Shown piece after piece: positions 28,677 through 40,600 of a stretch of 64,000 bases of DNA. Below the pieces are notes generated by a model. It did no database searches. It was not told where the DNA came from and saw nothing but the letters and a program-made list of their open reading frames with translations. This DNA comes from Selaginella moellendorffii (lineage: Eukaryota; Plantae; Lycopodiophyta). The translations under genes and the position numbers were made by a program. Positions within the stretch are counted from its first letter, which is position 1. Each line of letters starts with the position of its first letter. The stretch is taken from assembly GCF_000143415.4 (NCBI RefSeq), contig NW_003314300.1:1471014-1535013 (forward strand). The letters run 5' to 3'.

Positions 28677-29807
28677 TGTAAGGAACCAACTCCCTGATGT
28701 GTCGTAAGCTAAAGGATCCTGAAAGCATGACCAAAATGATAAAGAGTTCATCGGATGGGACCGAGTCTGAGATCGAGTCCAAGACCGACTCTGAGACCGA
28801 GTTCGAGATAGAGTTCGGAATTGAGTCCGAGGCCAACTCGGAGACCGAGTTCGAGACCGAGTCCGAATCTGAAATCGGGTCCGAGACCGAGTCCAAGACC
28901 GAGTCCGAGGTCGAGTCCGAGGTCGGGTCCGAGATCGGGTCCAAGATTGAGTCCGAGATCGAGTCCGAGACCGAATCTGAAATCGAGCCAAAGACTGAGT
29001 CGAAGTACTAATACGGGTCAAAGGGTGAAAGCCCAAAGCGTGCGTCTCCCAGGGGGGGAGGGGGGGGGGGGGATGCAAGGGGTTCCAAAAGTATAGTAGG
29101 GATAGTGAGGTCTAGGAACCAGTCTTGAAGGAACTCTCCAGTGGTGCTTCCAAACTGACTTGAGGTTGAGATTGGGGCCGAGGGGCCTTGGGTAGGAGTG
29201 AGCAGGGACTTGGGTGGTGCCGGAGGGGCCACCCCAAGAAGTGCTCAAGAGCAGCTCCCACTCCCGAAAGGGAAACCGACTGCGGTACTCCCGGCTCATG
29301 TGGAGTGGTGCCCCACTTGAGTACCATGCGGCTCATTGGTCCTCGCCCTTCCTAGGGGCTTGGGCCTTCCTTCGGGATGGAAGTGATGGGGTAGAGGTAC
29401 CCATACCGGGCCGTTAGGCCACGGTGTTTCGCCCTGGCGTCCCGAAACAAGTGTTGCACCCAAGACTTTGGATTTAGAGGGACCCATGATCAAGTCTTGT
29501 GGTATCAAGAGGTGTTAGGAACCTGGAGGCTTGGTGTGCTTGGCTGCTTGTGCCTGCGGGGAGTGTAGCCGAACCTTAAGTCCAGTCTAACCCGGGGAGG
29601 GGGATTGGGAGAGATTTGGGAATCCGTGTATGGATGGCTAACACTCCGTTGCTCGTGCAATGAGTAGTTGAAACCAAGTAGGACAAAGTCGGAGCTGGTA
29701 CCATAGGAGGGAACCTTGGCGAGGGAACTTAGCAAAAGCCAAGGTAGTGTTGGACGGATAGACGAGGTAAGTTGGCAAATTGGAAAAGAAAAAATTTGTG
29801 GCTTACA
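28677..29807 (+). repeat. 5' LTR of element A (with hexamer-based GAGTCC/GAGACC tandem array and G-run)
   Basis: Direct repeat of 32665-33831; array at ~28755-29005. Confidence 0.92.
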
Positions 29808-31368
29808 ATTTGCGTTCCATGCCTTCATATCGGGCTTGCAAACCTGGACTCGCAGCGAAGTGATGCGGTGGAACCCAACCAATTACAAAGAAGCGTTGGA
29901 TGCGGCTATCAAGGTGCATTTCAACGATAACCTGTGAAAGGGGAACATGACGGGGTCGGGGTCCATGTTTAGCAAAGGGGCCAAACTAAGGGGAACATAT
30001 AGCAAAGGGAAATTCAAGAAGAGTTTCTCTAAAAATGAGTCCTCGGGGTTCCAGAAAGGCAAATCCAGTGGCCAATGAGCAAGTACGTGGGGGAGTCAAG
30101 CAAAAAGAGATAAACCCATGGAAAAGAAGGTCAAGTTGTTTAGCAGCGTGGGAAATAACGTATGCTATAACTGCGATGAGGCGGGACACTTTTCGAGGGA
30201 ATGTCCCTACCCGAAGAAGGCCAAAGCTAATATGGCCATTAAGTCGGGTGAAATCTAAACTGAGGTATGTGATCCAGTCCTTAGCTCAAAGTTACTCATT
30301 ACACAAGCAACTTTGGTAGAGAGTCGTTCGTGACATCTACTAGCCCTCCAAGGGAAGCTCGGAGGTAGCTTTGTTAAGATCCTTATTGACACGGATGCTT
30401 CGAATAATTTTATGGCTGCAGACATAGTCTGGCAAGCCGGACTAACGGCGCAGCGGTTGGGCGAACTAAGGACTATAGAGTTTGTTCAAGGTAGCCAAAG
30501 CACCGATGAGGTACTTTGACAAGCGAGAGTCGAAGTAGGGACTTGGAAAGTATACATGGATTTCACCGTGTTGGACATGGTGGGATTTGACGTGATCTTC
30601 GGGATGGATTAGTTCAATCGGTTCGTGGTAGCCCTGCATGGACAAGGTAGGAACCTTGTGGTACTAGCGAATACCCAAGGAAGAAGATCCAGGGTGGAGG
30701 CCCAGGATCTAAAGGTAGGGCAATACAAGGCCAAAGATTCGTGCCTAAACCTGGTGTCCACGAGGGGACAACTCACTAAAGGGACCAAGGCTACATTTTT
30801 GTGCTTACTCTCGGTGAGGAGTGACAAAAAGACAGGAACGGAAGAAGTACATTTAGTGATCCAGTGGGTGTTGGACCAATTCCAGGATACCATGCCGGAG
30901 GAGCTACCGGCGAGGTTGCCCCCTGCACGACCGATAGAACATAAGATTGAGCTGGTCGAGGGTGCTGAGGCGGTGGTTCATCCCCCCTATCGTTTGAACG
31001 AAAAAGAACTCGTGGAGCTCAAATGCCAACTAGAGGAGTTGGTGGACAAAGGGTATGTTAGGTTGAGCAAGTCGCTATATGGGGTGCCGGTGCTATTTGT
31101 GAAAAAGAAAGATGGATCTATGTGCATGTGCATAGACTACCGGTTGCTCAACAAATATACAAAGAAGAACAAGTACCCTTTGCCAAGGATTGAGGACCTG
31201 TTCGATAGGTTGGGAAAGGGAAAATACTTCTCGAGGATTGACCTAAGGTCAAAATACTACCAGATCAGGGTAACAGAGGAAGATGTCGAGAAGACAACCT
31301 GTCGAACGAGGTATGGGAACAGTATCGCACTAAGTTGAAATTCAGAACAGCCTATCACCCATAGACAG

Positions 31369-31415
31369 GTAATGGGTATTAAGTCAAGTTTGATGGCACT
31401 AACACTGCTTGACAG
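31369..31415 (+). other. Intron-like GT-AG insert 1 in integrase core of element A (47 nt)
   Basis: CAG|GTAATG...CACTAAC...GACAG|AC. Removal restores TAYHP(Q>*)T-D-GQMERVNRQLEDYLRCY. Confidence 0.75.
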
Positions 31416-31828
31416 ACGGACAAATGGAAAGGGTGAATAGGCAGCTAGAGGATTATTTGCGATGCTATGTCTCGGGAGACCAAACCGATTGGGTAAGTCA
31501 TTTGGGACTTGTGAAAATGTGTTATAACAACTCACCACATTCGAGCATTGGGGTGAGTCCAAGTTATCAATGGGCGAGCTATTGAAGGTCCTGTGGAACT
31601 CGGCGTGGTCGAGTATCATGGAGAGTTACCCACAGTGGAGGCATTTACGGCGGAAAGACTCAACATTTGGAATCTAGTGAGGGATTCCTTGGAACGGGCT
31701 CAACAAAGGCAAACCAAGTACGCGAATCAGAAGCGCCGGGATGTAGAGTTCCAAGCTGGGGAGAAGGTGTGGCTGAACACCAAGAATCTCAGGCTACCAA
31801 GTGGGATCAGCCAAAAGTTGACCCAAAG

Positions 31829-31880
31829 GTAAAAATGCATGTATTCCTGTAAATGAATTGATCTTAAGTTCCTTAAGCAG
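31829..31880 (+). other. Intron-like GT-AG insert 2 in integrase C-terminal region of element A (52 nt)
   Basis: AAG|GTAAAA...TAAGCAG|A. Removal restores SQKLTQ-R-FVGLYEIEARIGKVAYRLRL and joins the chromodomain in frame; unspliced there is an immediate TAA. Confidence 0.75.
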
Positions 31881-32664
31881 ATTCGTGGGGCTTTATGAGA
31901 TTGAGGCTCGAATTGGTAAAGTGGCTTATCGTCTCCGACTTCTTCGAGAGATGGGGAAGATGCACCCCGTGTTCCATGTGAATTTACTCAAGCTGTTTTT
32001 TGAGGATCTACTTCGCAAGGACCAAGTAAAACCTCTACCTAAGGTTATCCAAGGGGAAGAGGAATACGAAGTCGAGGCCATCCTCAATGCGCGCAAGAGC
32101 AAGCGACAAGGACGCAAGGTGAGAGAATTCCATGTGAAGTGGAAAGGATTTCCACACTGCAAAGCAACATGGGAACCGGAGGAGAACCTAGTGAACGCAC
32201 GAGGTCTAGTGGAGGAATTTCTGCAAGGCAGAACTCTATGTACTTATGCAAAGTTCAAATAAAGTATCAATTTGTGAAGTTGAGCAATGGCATATATTGG
32301 GACCCGAAGGCACGCCGAAGGTAAGCTAATTAGCATAGGTTAGCTAGGTCGACCAGGCATAGGGAACTATGCCCGACTCCCTGCGGGGATGTCGAATCCG
32401 TAGACGTATTCTACGGAGGTTGGGTTCGAGTCCTAACCCCCTAGTAAAGCAAGGCTGGGTTCAAGTCCCGACCCCATACTAGGGCGTGGTGAGGTGAGGA
32501 GTATAGGGACACCTATATTCCATTGTCATGGGCTCTTGGCTGGGGAGGCTAACTTAGGCACACCGCTAAGTGGGGGGATGCCCCCGAAGACATGGTCAAC
32601 AAGTCGTAGGATAAAAAAAAGACGTTCAATGTGGGCATCGAACTTCTTCTATGGGTGGTGGAGT

Positions 32665-33831
32665 TGTAAGGAACCAACTCCCCGAGGTGTCGTAGGCTAA
32701 AGGATCCTCGAAAGCATGACCAAAATGATAAAGAGTTCATCAGATGGGACCGAGTCTGAGATCGAGTCCAAGATCAACTTTGAGATTGAGTTTGAGATAG
32801 AGTTCGGAATCGAGTCCAAGGTTGACTCGGAGACTGAGTTTGAGACCGAGTTCGAGACGAAGTCCGAATCCGAAATCGGGTCCGAGACCGAGTCCGAGGT
32901 CGAGTCCGAGGTCGGGTCTGAGATCAGGTTCGAGATTGAGTCCGAGATCGAGTTTGAGACCGAATCCGAAGTCGGATCCGAGATCAAGTCCGAGATTGAG
33001 CCAAAGACTGAGTCGGAGTACTAATACGGGTCAAGGGGTGAAAACCCAAAGCGTGCGTCTCCCAGAGGGGAGGGGGGGGGGGGGGGGGATTCAGGGGGTT
33101 CCAAAAGTATAGTAGGGATAGTGAGGTCTAGGAACCAGTATTGAAGGAACTCTCCAGGGGGGCTTCCAAACTGACTTGAGGTGGAGACTGGGGCCGAAGG
33201 GCTGAGGGGCCTTGGGTAGGAGTGAGCAGGGACTTGGGTGGTGCCGGAGGGGCCACCCCAGGAAGTGCTCAAGAGCAGCTCCCACTCCTGAAAGGGAAAT
33301 CGATTGTGGTGCTCCCGGCTCATGTGGAGTGGTGCCCCACTTGAGTACCATGCGGCTCATTGGTCCTTGCCCTTCCTAGGGGCTTGGGCCTTCCTTCGGG
33401 ATGGAAGTGATGGGGTAGAGGTACCCATACCGGGCCGTTAGGCCACGGTGTTTCGCCCTGGCATCCCGAAACAAGTGTTGCACCCAAGACTTGGGATTTA
33501 GAGGGACCCATGATCAAGTCTTGTGGTATCAAGAGGTGTTAGGAACCTGGAGGCTTGGTGTGCTTGGCTGCTTGTGCCTGCGGGGAGTGTAGCCGAACCT
33601 TAAATCTAGTCTAACCCGGGGAGGGGGATTGGGAGAGATTTGGGAATCCGTGTATGGATGGCTAACGCTCCGTTGTTCATGCAGTGAGTAGCTGAAACCA
33701 AGTAGGACCAAGTCGAAGCTGGTACCATAGAAGGGAACCTTGGCAAGGGAATTTAGTAAAAGCCAAGGCAGTGTTGGACGGATAGATGAAGTAAGTTGGC
33801 AAATTGGAAAAGAAAAAATTTATAACTTACA
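32665..33831 (+). repeat. 3' LTR of element A
   Basis: Direct repeat of 28677-29807; ends CTTACA. Confidence 0.92.
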
Positions 33832-34639
33832 TCATCCTTTTGAAAGTTCGAATGAGCTATTTTACCAAACCATCTGATTATGGATGATAAGCACTCATGA
33901 AAGTGTGGTATATCCCCAAGCAAGACATTAAAATGTGAAATGCCTTAGCCATAAATGCAAGACTATTATCTAAAAAAATTTGCTCTAGACATGAATGCTA
34001 AAACACCACTCAATTGAGGAGGAAATATTCAACAATAGTTGCAAATGCACTAGCAAAAGGATTGATTTTCACCCAGTGATCCAAGTAGTCAAAAGTAATA
34101 ATGACGTACTCATTGCCAATAGTTGATTGTGGAAAAAGCCCCATTAGATCAAACGTCACCAATTCAAATGGACAAGAAATTACAATTGACTCCAACAGTC
34201 CTTTTATAGCACGAAGGTTAGTATTACGAGTTTGGCAATAAACACAACTATGCATATATCAGATAATATCATGTCATATCTCTGGCCAATAGAAAGACCT
34301 ATGCAGTGTCTCAGTCATACAAAAATATTTTATATACCCACATAAAATAGGAAAATTATGGTAGGTGTGGAGAAAACATAGAATAAAGATTGAAGGCACT
34401 ATTAACTGTAAATGATCATTAGAATCTATCCCCACAAAATAAGAAAGACCGTCCTTAAGGCAATATTAAAAATGTAAATGTTGAAATGGGAAGTCATTAA
34501 CAAATGATGTTAGATTCTCAAATCCATCATGAAGCATTCGAATCCATGGCTCAACCTCATTAAAAGAAAGTAAATCTTACTTTACACCTTGTGGATATTG
34601 AACATTAAGTATAACAATTGCCAACGACATGAATTCCTC

Positions 34640-37600
34640 TGTAAGCAACTAAATTTTCCATTCTACTTTAGTCACTTAACCACACTTTCAGCCACTTTCA
34701 GAAACTTCACTTATAACCTCCATAAATCTTATTTCAGACTTGGGAGACTTGCTAGCCCCAAGAATAACATCCATGCCATTCAACCTTTGCACTTGGTCTA
34801 ATTGCTCCACATGTCCGATCCCACAATCAACACCCAAAGGTATTATTGATATATCAGCCCGTTATGCTAAGGCCATGCGTATTTACCTTTATCACATTGG
34901 TGGATCCAACACCACTTACACCACAGTTCTATCTCTCAAAGATTGGGCCATTTATCAATGAGTGATCATCCCAGATCCACTCCTTAGCATCCATAGGATG
35001 CTTACAAACATGGGGAACAACTTTATCTAATATCCTTTTTTCCATCTCCACTAAGTATCTTTTTGTCTATGGCTGTATTTGCTAACATTGCCACTAAGTC
35101 AAGGTGTATAGGCCCAACCACTATATCTTATTGACCTTTAGGACTTTTTCACCATGTGACCATATTTTTGGGAATACCATGGCCCTATGCAAACCTCTGT
35201 TAGAAATCCCCCAATTCTTGCCACATTCCTGACTCTCGCCAGATTCCTAACCTGTAGACCACATTTTTGACTCTTGAGACATTTCCCTATTCCTAACTCT
35301 CTGATTTCCCGTATGATTTCTAATTCTCGAACCACATTCCTAATGATGATCTGGCACCTCCTCGACCTTAGCTATATTTAGGCCGTCCTCAATCCAAGAG
35401 TGGTGGAGCTTCATCAACCTATAGTATACATAGGTTAGCCTTGTTCCATTTCTCCACAATTTGAATCAATGTCAGTTTAAGACCTTTTCCTCGTCTCTAC
35501 TAGTTTTTCTCTTTGACTTATGCATTTTCCAATCCTAATCTTGTTGGGGGTCTTGATAGTTTGATTCAGATTGTGCATTTTGCTTTTGCTTTAACTTGTT
35601 TTGATTATTTGATTGCCTTTGCCTTTTTCCCCCTTTGCTTTCTTCTTTGCCGATGGAGTCTCCAAGCCATCCTGATTCCTTCGCTGAAGTCCTTGCAAAA
35701 ATCCAATATGAGAATACCGAGTTGAAGGCGGCCCTTCTTCACATGCAACAGGAGCTTGCTTCACTTTCAGCTCAAGGATCAACCAGAGTTCCTGAACTGA
35801 AGGTGAGTTTCCCGACGAAGTACTTAGGCAAGTGTTCGGAGCTTTGTAGATTCCTGAATCAGATGGAGCTGATCTCTTCACTAAGGTGATTAGCCTAGAA
35901 GATACTTTAAAGTTTTTAGTTTCTCCTTCTAAAAAGAAAAGGTGTAACTTTGTCATGGTTTTCTCCTCTTCTAGAGAAGAGCATGAAAGGGGTTGTGGTT
36001 CTGAAGCTGATGGATCTTCAATTGTTCAAAGAGAAGCTCGAAGCATGTTTTGGTGAGACGGATTGGGTTTAGGCTGCCACCACAAAGATGAGATATCTCT
36101 TTCAGGGGTCTCGTCCTACCTCGATCTATGTTGCGGAGTTCCAACTCCTTACTTTGGACACTCAGTGGGATGAGTGGGCCCTGATTGATCAATTTCATTT
36201 CGACCTCAACAACGATGTCAAGGATTTGTTACTCACCATGGAGGATCCCACGAACCTGTCAGATGCCATCAACAAAGCTGTTCTATGCAACAATTGTCTC
36301 TTTGAACGTTATCAGGAAAGTCACCACGCCGCTGTTTTCCTATCCCAGACTTAGGAATCCCAGCTTGAGTCTTCGGGGCATACTCTTGAACCTATTGCTC
36401 CAGTCCTGATGGATATTTCTGGTACTCCCCGACTCATCAGAGGGAAGCTGAGTCCTACTGAGAAGCAACGTTGAATATCTCAGAATCTTTGCCTCTACTG
36501 TGCTGATCCTAATCACAAAGCAGCTGTGTGTCCCAAGAAGCCTCCTCAATTGCTCGAGTTCACTCTGCCTCAAGGTCCACCTTTGTTACAATCAGGAAAC
36601 GACCTTGTCCAAACATAGTAAGACCTGTCTATTTGGACTCCCCGAATAAAAATCACTTTTCTTCTTTATCAAGCTCCTCACCACCTTCATCAAAGCCACC
36701 ACCAATTCCCACAACTTCCACATCCCATGTCTTCTTTCTTTCACCAGACAATTAGGACTCAATCAACAGCAAGTCCTCCTCTATGGTGCTCAGCCTTCCT
36801 TGGTTCCAAATGCACCACCCTCAAATCTGTTGGAAGGAATTATAGCTCGTCTCTCCCACGTCACCATCTCCCATGTTTTCCCCTGTTGTTCATCGAGTTT
36901 GAATTAGGAAAAGTTCCCTAAACTCAAATCGGGATTTTGTTCCTGACTCTATAAAGTTTTCACCCTCTTTGCTCCCTATCCCTCAATCTTCTTTTCCCTC
37001 TCTTCCATCTTACACTGGACAGTATTTTCATCCCATCATTCCATTCAGTCATACACCTCCTTCTATCTCCACAATTACTATGAAAGAACTCCTTCACGAA
37101 GAACTTGTTTTCCTTTTTGCTTTGCATGTTTTTTCTATCAGTATTCTTGAGAAGTATCATGATTTTGGGGATGTGTTTGACAAGAAAAAAACTAATGTAC
37201 TACCTCTTCATTGGCCTTATGATTGTCCCATTGATTTACAGGAAGGAGTGTCACCTCTATGGGGGCCTATCTACAGGTTATCCCCATATGAGATTAAGAC
37301 CCTCAAAAAGTACGTGGATGAGAACTTTGCATTGGGGTACATCCAGCATTCGTAGTCCCTAGTTGGAGCACTTGTCTTCTTTGTCAAGAAGAAGGATGGG
37401 AGTTTGCGGCTAGTCATTGACTACTGAGGTTTGAACAAGGTGACTGTTCGGAACCATTATCCGCTGCCCTTGATCTTGGACCTGTTGGAACGCCTCGGTG
37501 GTGCCTGCTTCTTCACCAAGATTGATCTTCGTGGAGCATACAACTTGATCCAGATCCGGCCTAGCGATGAATGGAAAACTGCATTCCAAACCCACTATGG

Positions 37601-40600
37601 CCACTTTGAGTACACTGTCATGCCATTTGGCTTGACAAATGCTCAATCAGTTTTCCAACACATGGCGAATGATGTCTTTCAGGAGTTTTTTGATTAGATG
37701 GTGATTGTCTACCTTGATAACATCCTCATCTACTCAAAAACTTAGGAGGAGCATGACAAACATGTGCACAAGGTGCTGGCGAAGCTGCGGGAACACGGCC
37801 TATACACAAAGCTTGAGAAATGTTCCTTCGATCAGAAGTCTGTGGAGTTCCTTGGGTACATTGTCACTCATGAGGGTATCACAATGGATCCTGCCAAAGT
37901 CAAGATTATTCTTGAATGGGAGCTTCCACAATCAATGTTGGACATTCAGGTTTTCCTTGGCTTCGCCAACTTCTACCACAAATTCATTGATCACTACTCC
38001 AACATTGTCCTTCCTCTCACGCATCTCACTTGCAAGGATGTTCCTTTCTCTTGGTTTGCTGCTACCCAGCAGGCCTTCGACACACTCAATGCGGCCTTCA
38101 GTTCTGCTCCCGTCTTGATCCACACTGATCCCTCACAACCTTTCTTCATCGAGGCAGACGCCTTCGATTTTGCCATCGGTGCTGTGCTGTCTCAACTCAG
38201 AGTGGATCAGGAATTTCATCTGATCGCTTTCCATTCTCGAAAATTCTAGCCTATGGAGATCAATTACGAAATCCACGACAAGGAGCTCCTTGCCATCATG
38301 GATTCCTTTGGAGAGTGGTGTTGTTTCTTGAGGGGCGAGCCATCAAACAACGGTCTGCACGGATCACAAAAATCTTAAGTACTTTGCCACTTTCCGAGTT
38401 TTGAGCTGTCGTCAAGCAAGGTGGGCACAATTCCTGAGTCGGTTTGACTTTGTTATCAAGTACAGACCTGGAAAGCTTTAGGGCCTTCCTGATGCTCTTT
38501 CAAGGCACTTCTATCTCAGTCTCAAGCCTGGTAATCCTACCTTCGATCAACAGGATCAAGTTATCCTCAGTCCTAATCGGCTTCAAGTTATGGCAATTTC
38601 CTTGGCCCCTCAGGACTCCTCCTTGATGGACGCAAACAAAAATGATCTTCAATCCAACAACCCCACTAGTGACATTTTCCCCCATCTTCAGGCTGGACAC
38701 CCAGTGAATCCTGACTACCAGCGATTTGACAAGTTCGAATTCTTAAATGGCTTGTTGTACCGTGGGGAGCAGTTTTATGTTCGTGAAGGTGATGCTCAAA
38801 GGTTGGTCCTAATGGTGTGCCACGATAGCTCAACTCCTGGTCACTTCGGCATTACAAAAACTTATGAGCTGGTTGCACGGGACTTTTAGTGGCCTCACAT
38901 GGACAACTACATCAAAGTTTTTGTTACCTTCTGTGACACTTATGCCTAGAATAAGGTACCTCGCCACCTTCCTTTAGGTTTGTTTCGTTCCCTTCCGATC
39001 CCTTCAAATCCTTGGGAATTCATCTCCATGGATTTCTTTAGTGATCTTCTGAGTTTTAAAGGCTTCAACAGCATTTTAGTCGTGGTGGATTGCTTCACAA
39101 AGATGACGCACTTCCTGCCATATACCAAGGAGTTTTCGGGTGAGGATATGGCAAAATTGGTATTCAGGGAAATTTTCTGACTTCATGGGATTCCTGTAGA
39201 TGTGGTTTTGGATCGGGGACCTCAATTCATCTCTCATTTCTGGCAACAGTTCTTGTAGCTACTTGGAGTGAAGGCCAACCTCTCTTCGGCGTATCATCCT
39301 CAAACTGATGGACAATCCGAGTGAATGATTCAGACGTTGGAACAATTCCAGAGGTGCTTCATCAACTATCATTAGGATGACTAGTTTAATATCCTTCCCC
39401 TTGCTGAGTTCTCATATACCAACTCTGTTCACTCCTCCCTTCGAGTTTCCCCCTTCTTTGCAAACTCTGGCCAAAATCCCTGATTCAATCTTTCACTTCC
39501 TTCTCCATCTGAATCCTTTTGTTCAAATCCCCGCTTTGAGGCATTTGGCTCCAACCTCCAGGAAATCCACAAACTCCATCTCCTTCCACCTTCATTGTGC
39601 TCAGGAATCTCACAAAACATTCGCCAATGTCCATTGTCAAGATTGTCCCCCTTACAATATCGGGGATAAAGTCTGGCTCCTCAGGCAAAATATCTCCACC
39701 ACCAAACCATGTCCCAAACTTGATTTCAAATGCCTTGATCCTTTCTTTATCACTACCATCATTAATCCTGTTATTTATCGCCTTGCACTTCCCTCTTCAT
39801 ATCAAATTCACCCACCCCGTTTTTCACTCCTCTCTCCTTGAGCCTTATATTCCCAATTCTATTCCAAATTGGGTCATTTCTCCACCTCTATTAGTGCAGC
39901 TCAAGGATGGGTCTAAGTACGAGGTTTAGGACATCCTTGATTACAAGATCTCATAGTCTAAACTCTACTACTTGGTAGACTGGAAGGGTTATAGACCTCA
40001 GGAATGCACTTGGGAACATGCGAACAACCTGATTTATTCTCCTGACATTGTTCAGGATTTCCACCACCGCTATCCTTCTTGTCCCAGTCCTCATTCTTTT
40101 CATTCTCCATCTCCCGTTCCTTGACGCTCATCTCATCTTCCTCTTCGTTCTCATTCACATCCTCGTTCCACTCATTCTTGAGGAGGGGGTGTTGTCAAGA
40201 ATCCCCCAATTCTTGCCACATTCTTGACTCTCGCCGGATTTCTGACCTGCAAACCACATTTTTAACTTTCGAGACACTTCCCTATTCCTGACACTCTAAT
40301 TTCCCATACGATTTCTGATTCTTGAACCACATTCCTAATGATGACATGGCACCTCCTCGACCTCAGCTATATTTAGGCCATCCTCGATCCAAGAGTGGTG
40401 GAGCTTCATCAACCTATAATATATATAAGTTAGTCTTGTTCCATTTCTCCACAATCTGAATCAACACAAGTCTAAGGCTTCTTCCTTGTCTCCACTAGTT
40501 TTTCTCTTTGACTTCTACATTTTCCAATCCTAATCTTGTTGGGGGTCTTGACAGCCTCATGAGTACTCTCTTCACCTTCCACCTTTGGGTGTTTTAGCCA

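Larger units (their letters stand above)
28677..33831 (+). mobile_element. Chromovirus (Ty3/gypsy) LTR retrotransposon 'A', internally deleted
   Basis: LTRs at 28677-29807 and 32665-33831 with TGTAAG...CTTACA termini and TSD tcatt/tcatc. Contains gag zinc knuckle CYNCDEAGHFSRECP (~30163), protease ILIDTDAS (~30379), RT N-half ([20 protein letters not shown]), integrase C-half, chromodomain EYEVEAIL..FHVKWKGF..ATWEPEENL and a PPT at 32651-32664. Confidence 0.93.

Noticed and set aside
28755-29005. Repeat array as a CRISPR or a real Ser/Arg- or Glu-rich protein gene
   Set aside because: Degenerate 6-bp tandem units with no unique spacers, inside an LTR; ORFs open in several frames are expected from the periodicity.
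29500-29512. TGGTATCAAGAG as the tRNA-iMet PBS of element A
   Set aside because: It is present in both LTR copies, well inside the TG..CA/TSD-defined LTR, so it is not in PBS position.
32397-32484. tRNA gene
   Set aside because: T-arm-like hairpins are present, but no acceptor stem, D-arm or A-box forms a cloverleaf; reported as a structured element instead.
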